The notes beneath the pieces were generated by a model. That model saw nothing but the letters and a program-made list of their open reading frames with translations. It was not told the origin of the DNA and searched no databases. Shown one piece after another: positions 24,001 to 34,900 of a stretch of DNA of 64,000 nt. Every line of letters starts with the position of its first letter. Position 1 is the stretch's first letter. The translations under genes were made by a program, and so were the position numbers. This DNA comes from Scyliorhinus canicula (lineage: Eukaryota), in the NCBI RefSeq assembly GCF_902713615.1, contig NC_052163.1:116000912-116064911 (forward strand), written 5' to 3'.

Positions 24001-27000
24001 TTTTATGCATTTGCCGTGTGTGCGGAGGTGTGCGAAGAAACTGTTGTTGTGGGATTCTACATTTTAGCAACAAAGACTGTTAAATGTGACACCTTTATCT
24101 TTGGGCTTTGCATATTTAATTTACAATTATTCTAATTTTTAAGTCCTGTCGCTATTCTCCCTGTTAAATTAAAACGGAATCAGCTCATACTAGTTAATTC
24201 ATTTATTGCTGTGTTACACGGACAAATTGAGGAAAAGTGCCAAAGTATTTGCATACCAGACATAGTCAGATATAACACATAGAATTACATTACAGGAACA
24301 GGCCATTTGTCCCAATTAGTCTATTCTGGTTTTTGTGCTTTATATGAGCCTCCTGCCACCCTTTACCTAATTCCATTTCCTTTCATTCCTTGCTCTCTCA
24401 CATGCTTAACTAGCTGCCCTTTATATCCACCGATGATGACCGATTGGATCATAATTTTGCAATAAAGGATTAGTTGTGTGTCACCTTGGACTGCACTGTA
24501 CTGAGCCTGTAATAAGCTATTGTGTGCTTTTCCTAGAATGGAGGAACTCCCTTGCTGTACGCAGTGCACGGAAATCATGTGACGTGTGTGGAAGCTCTGC
24601 TGGGTAAGTCTGAATTGGTGAGTGACAGAGAGGTGTTGGGGGCAACTGAACTTTGTAAAGCCACAGGCTGAAGTGCTTAGAGAAGAAGTTATTCCAGAGT
24701 CCTGACCAACATTCCTCCCGCAGGAAACATCACCAAAAAAAAAGCAGCTGAAACCGTCCTTCATTTCGTTACTGTTTGTGGAATCTTTGAGTGCAAAGTG
24801 GCTGCAGAGAAAACAGAGATGGGACTTCAAAAGTAATTGCAGCTAATGGCAGCAACAGATGTTGTCAGGTTAGATAATGCAGTTTCAAAGCCTGCGGATG
24901 ATACAAACTTGGCAACGTAGAAAATAGCGAACGGGGTAGTAGCAGACTTCAGGATGTCATGGACATCCTGCTGAACTGGGCAGATAAGAATGAATGGATA
25001 CACTTTTTAATAAAAGACTTCCGTTTATATAGTACTTTTCATGACTGGAAAATCTCACCTGGACACCTCAAAGTGCTTTACAGCCAATGAAGTACTTTTT
25101 CTTTTGAAGTGTGGTCAGTCTTGTCATTTCGGAAACATGGCAGCCAATTTGCGCACTGCAGCAAGCTCTCGCATACAACAACGTGAAGTGGTAATGATCC
25201 GATAATCTGCTTTTGGTGATTTTGATTGAAGGATATATATTGGCCAAGACACCAAAGGTTGTTCTTCTTTGAAATAGGACTGTGGGATTTTCTATGTCCA
25301 CCCGACCAAGCAGATAGGGGCTCGGTTTAACATCTCATCCAAGAGATGGCACCTTTGACAGGGTAGTTCTCCCTCAGCACTGTACTGGAGTATCAACCTT
25401 GACTTTCGTGTTCAAGCCCTGGAGTGGGACTTGATTCAGGAGAAACGACAAGGACAATATAGTCTAATTGTACAATTTTATGGGGTGCGGGGGTGTGCGC
25501 ACGCGCGCAAGAGCAGAGAGAATCCTCGAAGGTGGCCGGCCCAATTGATAATCAAATAAATGTCTGTAAAGAAAGTGTATCCTTGGCTTTGGAAATAGGA
25601 GCATTATATATAAAAACCAGGAAGTCATACTAAACCTTTCCAAAGCCTCTGTTGGGGCCCCAGCTGGAGTATTGTGTACAATTCTGGGGACCACATTTCA
25701 AAGCCCAGGAGAGGGTACAGAGGAAGTTTACTCGCATGGAGTTCAGTTACATGAAGAGTTTAGAGATGCTGAGATTGTTCTTAGAGCAGAGAAGGTTAAA
25801 ATTTGACCTGTTAGAGATATTCAAAATTATGAGAGGTTCCACCAGACCAAGTAGGGAGAAACAGAGGTCAAAGATGTCAGATAGCTGGGTAATGTGGAGC
25901 AATGCCTTCAGTGGGAGGATTGTTATGATCTGTAACATTCTAACTGAAAGGATGATGGAATCTGATTTCATGGTAACTTTTAAAAAGCAACAGGAAACAT
26001 GGGCAGCAGGGTAGCATGGTGGTTAGCATAAATGCTTCACAGCTCCAGGGTCCCAGGTTCGATTCCCGGCTGGGTCACTGTCTGTGTGGAGTCTGCACGT
26101 CCTCCCCCTGTGTGCGTGGGTTTCCTCCGGGTGCTCCGGTTTCCTCCCACAGTCCAAAGATGTGCGGGTTAGGTGGATTGGCCATGATAAATTGCCCGTA
26201 GTGTCCTAATAAAAGTAAGGTTAAGGGGGGGGTTGTTGGGTTACGGGTATAGTGTGGATACGTGGGTTTGAGTGGGGTGATCATGGCTCGGCACAACATT
26301 GAGGGCCGAAGGGCCTGTTCTGTGCTGTACTGTTCTATGTTCTATGTATTTACTTGAAAAGGACTCATTTTCAGGACCATGTACGCAATGAGAGCCAGAG
26401 GGTCAGTCCAAGGTGCTTGAAGCTTGTCACACATGGGTGGGGAAAGGAAAAGGGTAAGTGCAGGCAGAGAAGCCTGGATTTGGAGGAAGGGAGTGTTTGG
26501 GAAAGGGAACTCTGGGTTGTCTTGGAATTTCCAATTCATCTGTTGGTCACCGCTCTGAGCAAGACCCAGAAGAAAAAAAATCAGAGGGGTATTTGTTTTT
26601 TAAAATTAATGTCAGAAAAATGCCTATTTGTATGTTTCTTGACTGTCAGTCATTTGGCTAAGGAAGAGTCTATTCACTTTCTCATTGGCCATGGGAAGGC
26701 GAGGCACTGTGAGGATGGACATTAGACAACCAATTGAAGGAGTGTGGGGGCAGGGCCGTTAAAGGCAGGTTGTCAAGAGGCATGAGAATCCACAGAAGGA
26801 TTTGGGTACGTGAAGGCCTACATCCATTGGAACTTCGAAGAATTAGAGGTGATCTTATTGAATTGTATAAGCTTCTGAGGGGACTTAACAGGTTGGAGAA
26901 TGACAGGATGTTTCCACAGAGAGGAGTGGAGGCTGAGTTAAATAGATTTTTGATCAGCGAGAGAGTTGAGGGTTATGGGGAGCAACTGGGACAATGACGT

Positions 27001-29852
27001 TGAGGCCAAAATCGGATCAGCTATGATCTTATCAAATGGTGGAACAGGCTCAAGGGGCCAAATGGCCTTCTCCGGGGTAATGTGGTGACACCTCCAGAAA
27101 TACATCTGAGTAGAGTTGACAACGGTACTTTAGGAAGGGAAAGGCTGTTTTTACAGCGTGGGGGAGGCCATAAAGGACAAGGCTTTTGAATTGAATATGT
27201 TGGACAGGATGTGTTGTAGAGTTTTGTACTAGTCGTGATTTATGGAGGGAGTCGCTCCCCAGGTCCCTCAATATGTTTCTCCAGAAACACATCAAACTTT
27301 CTCCTCGATAAAAGCAAATTACTGCGGATACTGGAATCTGAAACCAACGAGAAAATGCTGGAAAATCTCAGCTGATCTGGCAACATCTGTAGGGAGAGAA
27401 AAGAGCTAACGTTTCAAGTCCAGATGACTCTTTGTCAAAGCTTAGATCCGGACTTAACGTTAGCTCTTTTCTCTCCCTACAGATGCTGCCAGACCTACTG
27501 AGATTTTCCAGCATTTTCTCGTTGGTTTCTAACTTTCTCCTGATCCTTTTTATCCTGCCCCGCTTCAATCAAGATCCCTGGTAATATATTCCATAACGCT
27601 ACCACACTTTGTATTTAAACCCTTCAGCATAGAAATTAATGTCAATTCCCTTCAGAATCTTAATTTGATAAATTCATCCTGAACAGAATTATACAATTTC
27701 CATAGCGCAGAAGGAAGCCATTCAGCCCATCGAGTCTGAAAGAGCTCCCTGCCTAGGCCCACCCCACATAATCTACACATCCCTGGACACTAAGGGACAA
27801 TTTAGCATGGCCAATCCACCTAACCTGCACATTTTTGGACTGTGGATGGATACTGGAGCACCTGGAGGAAATCCACGCAGGCACAGGGAGAAAGTGCTAA
27901 CTCCAGTCACCCAAGACCAGAATTGAACCCGGGTGTGTGGCGCTATGAGGCATCAGTGCTAACCATTGTGCCAAAACAAATAGACTTCAGCAAACTTACT
28001 CCTCGTGGGTCTTATGCCAAAAGTGCAGATTTATTTAGCTCTTGAGTTTAATGGCAGTTTCTCTTTTTCAACAGCCAAAGGTGCAGATTTAACAATGGAG
28101 GCAGACTCCGGTTACAGTCCTATGGATCTGGCTGTAGCTCTGGGCTATAAAAAAGGCAAGTTTTCATCATTCCTTTTAGTTCCATGACATCCTCTTTTTC
28201 CCTACTCAATTTTCTTCCCTCTCTTCTGGAAGACCCAAACTCATGTTCTACATGCAGTCACCCATTGTCTTGCAGCTAGAGACTACATTTGTGGTGGTTT
28301 GATCTGATAGTTTCAGGGTTTCCCTACTTTTCTTTCAACTGGGACACGCCCCACTAATGGCTCAAGTGATAACTGTGATGAATTTAAGAAATTGTCGTAT
28401 TTTAAATGGTTTCAGTAATGTTATTAAAACCTGAGTTAAGATACATACAGACAGTATGACTGCTGGATCTGTGATTAAGATGTCGTTAAAATGAAGTTAT
28501 CATTGATTTGTAGGTGAAGGTGAAGTGTTCTGCTAATAGATCTCGAGAACTATTTATTTGTTTACAGATATCTGGCTAATGGAATATTGTTTACATTTGA
28601 AGGACCCCTGGGGTGTAGATAATTTGAGGGGTATTGTGTTTGGTCCTGGCTAAACAAGTCAAGAGACAAAATAATGCCTTATGCTTTGGGTACAATGATG
28701 TAGTTAATGGGAGAAGCCAGGGCTGTCTGAAAAGTCAGTTGGTCCTAGAACTCTCATCTGAACAGGAGTGTTTAGTTTGCTTCTGAATGGTTCTCTCTCC
28801 AAAGATTCTGCACAGAGGAAAGCAAGTAGAACCCTGGTTGTTAACTTTATGCATGAGTGGTATTTGAAATATATTGGTTTGTTTAATTGGAAACAGCGGC
28901 ACATTTAGGAAGTAAGTCAAGGTTTACTCTTTCACTTAAGAACTGTATAAATGTTAACCATAAAGCTATTTCTTTGTTGCTAATGTGGTTAATTTTCTAT
29001 GCTTAAATTAACTTTTGTTTTAACATAAAAGATACCTATGGGTCAGTGTTATCACTCCTGGGGTGCAGTAACAGTTCCTCGGTTTTACAAAATTGAAAAT
29101 ATTTGGGTTCTTGTCTGGGATTCTAACATAACTAATAGGTCAAGGCCAAACAAAACGAGGAGAGAATCAACCAGGGCCTCTTCAACTGGTTGCTATCCAG
29201 TTTTGAAAGTGATGTGGGCAATTTAAGGCTAAGCTGAGGTGGTCATAATTGAATAACTGGCATCAAATGCTAAGATTTACACATAATGAATTTGATGATT
29301 TATGTGAATCCCCCGAGGGCAACACAGAGACTGGAGTCCAATGTGAGCATATGTTGCTCGCTTGGCCAAAACTCTCCTCCCCCAACGTGCTGTTGTGGCC
29401 AGGGGTCAATTGGAAAATGTCAAAACATTGACAAGGGTATTAATGATTATGGAAGCAAGACAGGTGAATGTAGTTAAGACAGATCTAATTGAATCTCGAG
29501 GGTCTGAATGGCCTACTTGTTTTCTTGGTGTCAATATTCTAAGGAAGGGAGGAGGGAAGGCGGGAGAAGTTAAAGCAAAAATGTAATGCAAGAAATAGGA
29601 GCAGGAGTACACCATTTGGCTGCTTGAGCTCGCTCTGTCATCCATTAAGCTCCACGTTCCCAACCCATCCCTCGATTTTGTGTTCAAAAATCTATTGTCT
29701 TGCACACTGTAAAGGACTGAGCACATCCCAGGATAATTAGTGTTCTTGTGCGTGTTTTAAAAAACTTCCATTTCACATTAATTATTTGTATTTTAGTCCA
29801 ACAAGCTATTGAAAACCATGTGCTGAAGCTGCTTCAGAGCAACAAGGAGTGA
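13214..29852 (+). CDS. RFXANK: RFXANK (regulatory factor X-associated ankyrin-containing protein), complete CDS of 927 nt / 308 aa; exons 13214-13535, 15546-15653, 17569-17634, 19484-19584, 23841-23966, 24537-24603, 28075-28155, 29797-29852
   Basis: The joined exons give one open frame containing [89 protein letters not shown] and [14 protein letters not shown]. Diagnostic residues fit RFXANK better than its paralogue ANKRA2, and the convergent neighbour is NR2C2AP as in human. Confidence 0.95.
15070..15500 (+). mobile_element. CR1-clade LINE 3' fragment
   Basis: [21 protein letters not shown]...[11 protein letters not shown] plus a typical 3' tail. Confidence 0.8.
15546..15653 (+). CDS. RFXANK: RFXANK coding exon 2 (108 nt)
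   Basis: ccccag|; [35 protein letters not shown]; donor A|gtgggt. Confidence 0.9.
16125..16880 (+). mobile_element. tRNA-derived SINE (family also at ~485-810) with two nested SINEs (~16258-16460 +, ~16475-16630 -)
   Basis: GGTGGCGTAGTGGT...GGTTCAAATCC head; the body resumes after the nested copies. Confidence 0.65.
17222..17530 (+). mobile_element. V-SINE
   Basis: Head, core and tail as above; ends about 40 nt upstream of RFXANK exon 3. Confidence 0.85.
17569..17634 (+). CDS. RFXANK: RFXANK coding exon 3 (66 nt)
   Basis: ctttacag|; [21 protein letters not shown]; donor G|gtgagc. Confidence 0.93.
17985..18536. mobile_element. Harbinger-type MITE
   Basis: TIR GGGCAGGATTCT / AGAATCCAGCCC; 3-bp TSD AAC; GC-rich interior. 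Confidence 0.8.
18990..19290 (-). mobile_element. V-SINE
   Basis: Same subfamily as 3288-3590. Confidence 0.8.
19484..19584 (+). CDS. RFXANK: RFXANK coding exon 4 (101 nt)
   Basis: ttttacag|; [33 protein letters not shown]; donor ATG|gtgaga. Confidence 0.95.
19733..20387. mobile_element. Harbinger-type MITE
   Basis: 14-bp TIR GGGTGCGATTCTCC / GGAGAATCGCGCCC (1 mismatch); 3-bp TSD ACT. Confidence 0.88.
20919..21263 (+). mobile_element. V-SINE, young subfamily
   Basis: Nearly identical to 26001-26345. Confidence 0.88.
21352..21920 (+). mobile_element. CR1-clade LINE 3' fragment nested in an LTR-like element
   Basis: [12 protein letters not shown]; [18 protein letters not shown]; TGTTC-repeat tail. 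Confidence 0.85.
23050..23635 (-). mobile_element. Rex1/Babar-type LINE 3' fragment
   Basis: [14 protein letters not shown]...IIRDPSH...LPSGRR...RHRNSFFP. Confidence 0.82.
23841..23966 (+). CDS. RFXANK: RFXANK coding exon 5 (126 nt)
   Basis: ctcacag|; [42 protein letters not shown]; donor TGG|gtacgg. Confidence 0.95.
24537..24603 (+). CDS. RFXANK: RFXANK coding exon 6 (67 nt)
   Basis: ttttcctag|; [22 protein letters not shown]; donor G|gtaagt. Confidence 0.95.
25015..25435 (-). mobile_element. Ancient Deu-domain SINE (SacSINE1/AmnSINE-like); related copies near 12240-12800, 34900-35310, 60725-60915 and 61265-61495
   Basis: Conserved AAAGTGCTTTACAGCCAATGAAGTACTTTT...GCAGCCAATTTGCGCAC motif. 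Confidence 0.65.
25560..25995 (+). mobile_element. CR1-clade LINE fragment
   Basis: [14 protein letters not shown]...[10 protein letters not shown]. Confidence 0.75.
26001..26345 (+). mobile_element. V-SINE, young subfamily
   Basis: Nearly identical to 20919-21263. Confidence 0.88.
27311..27529. mobile_element. Penelope-type terminal repeat arranged as an inverted pair, containing a hammerhead motif
   Basis: 27340-27420 is the near reverse complement of 27450-27529; hammerhead-like core on the - strand at 27404-27442. Confidence 0.75.
27404..27442 (-). ncRNA. Minimal type-I hammerhead ribozyme motif, U3-A8 variant
   Basis: AGCT-TTGACAA-A-GAGTC-ATCTG-GACTT-GAAA-CGTT-AGCT: stem I AGCT/AGCT, stem II GAGTC/GACTT, palindromic ACGT stem III. 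Confidence 0.55.
28075..28155 (+). CDS. RFXANK: RFXANK coding exon 7 (81 nt), followed by a GC donor
   Basis: ttttcaacag|; [26 protein letters not shown]; donor AAG|gcaagt. Confidence 0.93.
28374..29128. mobile_element. Solo LTR (Gypsy-like), 755 bp, in the last RFXANK intron
   Basis: TG...CA termini (TGTGATGAAT / ATTCTAACA) with a 4-bp TSD TAAC. Confidence 0.78.
29797..29852 (+). CDS. RFXANK: RFXANK last coding exon
   Basis: tattttag|; (V)[17 protein letters not shown] then TGA. Confidence 0.93.
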
Positions 29853-30258
29853 ACAAAAGGCACAAAGCAATGGAACCAGCCTTGGATCAGCAGGGCCAGT
29901 AAGTAAAAACTAGTCAAGGCTGTCCTTTTACCTCACAACCTACCTGAACTCTGCATCGAGAGCAGTGGAGGCTTTTGAGGCCTACTGTACCCTATCTGAT
30001 ATGCAAGATGAAGTCGACACGCTACAGGCCTACAAAAATCACAGGAAACAGCTGGAGATGGTTTCTAATGAAATGAATGGCAACCAAACTGGTGGACTGG
30101 TCACTAATGTAATTGTAACTGTTACGGAAAACTGCTCTTTAAACTGGGGCTGGCATCGGACTAAACTGCGCCAGTCAGTCCGCGGTTTGTTTGGGAGTTG
30201 GTTGCTTGCAGATCTCCAAAATGTAAACAAGACATTTAGAAGTTTATCTTTTTAATAT

Positions 30259-30264
30259 AATAAA
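30259..30264 (+). terminator. Candidate RFXANK polyadenylation signal AATAAA
   Basis: First AATAAA noticed after the stop codon (about 400 nt downstream), followed by a T-rich tract. Confidence 0.45.
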
Positions 30265-31779
30265 AGTGGATTTTTTTCCAGATACCTCTCCATCTCATGA
30301 CTGCAATGGTTTCCAGTCAAGTATCACCAGGTCAAAGGAAGATTTGTTTGTTTTATTCATTCATGGCATGCGGGCTTCGCTGGCAAGCCCAGTGTTTATT
30401 GTACATCCTTGATCACAACTGGGTGTCTTGCCCGGTCAATTCAGAGGGCACATGCAGCTCAGCCAGGAAAAGGGCATCAGGTTTCTTTCCTACAAGACAT
30501 TAATGAACCACAGTGGATTTTTGCTTCAGTCTGATATTCTCATAATTACCGTTACTGCTGCTATCGTTTTATTCCAGATTTTATTGAATTTCTGCTGTTG
30601 TGGGATTTGAACTCACGTCGCTAGATTACTGGCCCAATAACATGACCACGATGTTACCGCAACCATTCTGGCACCTTTCATGGTGCCAGGACATTTCAAA
30701 GCAATTCACAGCCATTGTTGTCTCACAGGCAAATGTAGCAGCCAATTTGTGCACAGCAAGATCACACAAACAAGATAATGCTTGATCAGTTTTTAATGTT
30801 GTTGGTCAAGGGCTTGATACTCCTCCTGTTCCTCTTGGAGTACTGCCATAGGATTACTGGTGGCCACCTGAGCAAGAAAACGGGCTCTCAGTTTAATACT
30901 GCATCCGAAAGACGGCTCCTCTAACAAATCAGCGGTTCCTCAGTTCTGTACCCAAGTGGCAGCCTAGAATGTGTTGCCTACATCCTGGAGTGAGGCTTAA
31001 ACCCATAATCTTCTAACTCAGCTGAGAGTTAGGCTGGTCAGGAGTCTCTCATACTCTTACGACCATCCATTGGCGTGTTTGAAGGATTTGCAGGTTAACA
31101 CATGCAAGATGTTTGACAGCCTTTTGAACGCACCTTCCTTGGCCATCTTGGGGTGCGACTCGAACCCGGAGTTTCTGGCAGAGAGCAAAGATACTACCTA
31201 CTGCACCACAAAACCTCTTACCCCTTGGTATGCCTCGGAACAATTCAGTCTCTAGCTGACCTCTGAATGTGCCTGGTAGCAATCAGTCTCTAACTGATCC
31301 GAGGATATGTCTCTACAAATACAAGTCTTAAAAGAGAGAAGCTTGACTTCACCAGCAGAATATATTGTGAGCTAAGTAGCTAAAATGAGAATGGCCAATA
31401 GATTCAGAGAAGTGCCAGGGAACTAAACTACGAGGAAAGGTTATAAACAAATTAACTCTTTGGTCAATAAGGAGCAATTAAATCTGTTCAAAAGATATAC
31501 AAGAAATCCCACTGCCTTGTTCTGTACCATGGAGAAACATCAATGAGTTATCCAGCCAACATTCCAAACACCATTAATTCGACCATTTTTCTTGTATCTT
31601 TGTCAAATATAAAGTAATTCCTCCTCTTCTCACTGATCCAAGGTAAGTTTCAGTCCGAATCAGCAAAAAAGTAGGCATCACGCTCGAGTTTATATCTCAC
31701 CAGCCACCGAAAGTGTGACTGGGAAACCCCAACTCCAGTTGGTTCCTACTTCTCCAGAACGTGAGCGTAATCACATTTG

Positions 31780-31902
31780 TTACAACACTTTTTCACCAAG
31801 AACGTCAAGATGATAGATAATAATTCTTCCAAAGAAGTCTGTGCTTTTCTCAAAAATTATTTTTAATTTATCAGCGATGGATTCCTCGTGGATGGAGAAT
31901 CT
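31780..31902 (-). CDS. NR2C2AP: NR2C2AP exon 5 (123 nt including TAA)
   Basis: Preceded by branch site TCCTTAAC and an AC acceptor; RFSIHEESIADKLKIIFEKSTDFFGRIIIYHLDVLGEKVL*. Confidence 0.92.
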   Translation of the reverse strand, partial: RFSIHEESIADKLKIIFEKSTDFFGRIIIYHLDVLGEKVL

Positions 31903-34900
31903 GTGAGTTGCAGTTAAGGAAGAAGAACACAATTATTTGACGAAGAATAATTTAGCAAAGTACCTGCCGGGATCCACAAATGTAAACATTCATTCATTAG
32001 AAAGCAATCTTATCACTATTCGATGTTTTAAACTCACCCACACGGCCCACATTCAGACTGAAGGAGAAATTTGTTTACTCAGAGGCTTCTGAATGTCTAG
32101 AACTCTTTATCCCAAACAGCTGGGATAAAGGTGGCACATTGGTTAGCACTAACGCCTCACAGCGGCAGGGACGGGTTCAATTCTGGCCGTGTATGACTGT
32201 GTGTGAAGTTTGCAGGTTAGGTGGATTGGTTATGCTAAATTGCCCCTTACTGCCCAAAGGTTAGGTGGGGGCACGGGGAGGGGCGGGTGAGTGGGCCTAG
32301 GTGGGATGCTCTTTCGGAGGGTCGGTGCAGACTTGATGGGCCATATGGCTCCTTCTGCACTGCAGGAGTTCTATGAGCTGTGGATACTCAGGCATTGAGT
32401 GTGTTCAAGGTTGAGTTTTGGTACTAAAGGATATTGGGAATGCCTGGGTAGGTTAACTTGAGGGAGAAGATCAGTTATGATCTTTCTGAATGTTGGAGCA
32501 GATTCGAGGGACTGTATGACCCATGCTAGATCCAATTTCATACGTTGCTCTGCACATTCACAAGAAATCTCACCTCGTGACAGAACTGAGGGATGGAGGA
32601 ACGCATTCCCCCAATGGAAACCCCGGCCCTTGTCTTGTTATGCTCTTGGTGTAGCATAGAATGTGGCATTCCTTGATGTGCACTTGACAAAGGAAGGTTC
32701 AGACGTGGAGATAACTTCAACACGTTTATTGAACTATTTACTCTCCTACTCGGGTTCGCCACTACTGTTAATCCTTCTATAGCTACTCAGACTGACAAAC
32801 CAGTCTGCTACAATCCATGTGGTGGGTGTGATATTGAATCAACCCTGTGTCTGTACTCACTGAGTGTTTCCACTGGAAAGAGGAAGATCATGTGTGCTGT
32901 GTCCTTTATATATGGGTTGGTGTAATGCCCCCCTGTGGTAGTGTCACCTCTTGTGTGTATCGTGAATGCCCTTTGGTCGTGTCCTAGCTTACTGACCTAT
33001 TGGTTGAGTGTCTCTGTGTCATGTCTCTGGTGCTCCCTCTAGTGTCTAGCTAATCTACGTGTACTTACATTAACCCCTTGTGTATCTAAAGTGATGCATA
33101 TCACCACAGCCCTCACACAAAAGATAATAAAAATTAACTGTGTTGCTAAATCACCTACTGCTGCCTCCAAGACTCTAAAGGATATCTGCAGGCGGTTTGT
33201 GTCTTCAGGGTAGAAGTCGGCTATCTCCACCAAACTGGCTCCCTTTCTGCCACCTAAGAAACAAGATATATAAATTTAATCATGAAGTTAATTGCAATAC
33301 GAGTAAAACCATGCCAAACTGGAATGCGGTTGAGCTTGTGGTATAAACAAAAGCTAAGGCTGACACTCCAGTACAATCTGGAGGAGCTTTGACAAAGAGT
33401 CATCCAGACTTGAAACATTAGCTCCCTTCTCTCTCCACAGAGGCTGTCAGACCTGCTGAGATTGTCCAGCATTTTCTGTTTTTATTTCAAATTCCAGCAT
33501 TCACAGTAATTACAGTCTTGCGGAAGCATTGCACTTTCATCATAAAATGTACAGTGCAGAAGGAGGTCATTCAGCCCATCGAGTCTACACCAGCCCTTGG
33601 AAAGAGCACCCTACTTTTTATTCATTTTTTCCAATTAAGGGCCAATTTAGCGTGGTCAATCCACCTACCCTGCACATCTTTGGGTTGTGGGGACGAACCC
33701 CACTCAAGCACAGGGAGAACGTGCAAACTCCACACGGACAGTGAAAGAGCACCCTACTTAAGCCCTTGCCTCCACCTATAACCCAGTAACCCCACGTAAC
33801 CTTTTGGACTGGACACTTAGGGGTATTTTAGCACAGTCAATCCACCTAACCTGCACATCTTTGGACTGTGGGAGGAAACCGGAGCACCCGGAGGTAACCC
33901 ACGCAGACACGGGAAGAAAGTGCAAACTCCACACAGACAGTTACCCGAAGCCAGATTGAACCTGGGTCCCTGGAGCTGAGGCAGCAGTTCTAACCACTGT
34001 GCCAGCGTGCTGGAGATGTAGTCTTTCAGATGAAAGGTTAAACCAAGCTCCCACCTGCCTTCTCAGGTGGAGGTAAAAGATCTCATGGCTCTATTTTGAA
34101 AAAGAGCAGGGGAATCCACCCCAATCAACAACACAAAGAAACAGATAATCTGGTGATTATCACATTGCTGTTTGTTGGAATTTGTGCAAATTCACTGCTG
34201 AATCTCCTTAGTCTCAAAAACTCTGGGATACAGAGCCAGGTGGCTTGAGGGAAAAAGTAAACAGGTGACACTTCTCCCACTCTTGTGGCCAGTGACTCAT
34301 GCTGTGATTTGAGGCCATCAGCTGATGGTAGAGTCAGGCCTGACTGAGATGCTGAAATTCATGAGACTGGAAATGACTATGATTGGGGTCAGAATCCTGG
34401 AACTCGCTGCCTAACAGCACTGCATGTACCGACATCGCAGGAACTGCAGCGGTTCAAGAAGGCAGCTCATCACCACTTTCTCAAGGGCAGCTGGGACGTG
34501 AGCAGTAGATGCTGGCCCAGCCAGTGACGCACACAACCTGTAAATTAATTTTAAGAAGTTTCAGCCTGAATTTACCTTCAAGTCTGCATGTTCTGCCTGT
34601 GAATCCACCTTGGAACTGGAGCTGTAATTCAGTCACCTTTACTGTCTGAGGGAACTCGAGCATCACCCACTGGGAGGAACCCTAAGGATTGGTGTGGGTA
34701 AAACACAGAAACGATCACTGAAAATGCAGAGATGGAGCTAGTGATGGAACAAAAAGAGCACACATTTGCACATGCCCTGGTAATAAAAAACAATAATGCA
34801 CAACAGGCCGAGACTCAAAGAGCAAGAGAAACGAATATCTCAGAGCAGTGGAGAAAGAAAAATCAGAATCACATCAATTAAAAAAAGACTGCCATTTCTA

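Noticed and set aside
13214-29852. ANKRA2 as the gene identity
   Set aside because: Diagnostic residues ([36 protein letters not shown]) and NR2C2AP adjacency support RFXANK
29965-30255. 96-aa ORF in the RFXANK 3' UTR
   Set aside because: No recognisable homology and a GTG start; it lies between the stop codon and the candidate polyA signal
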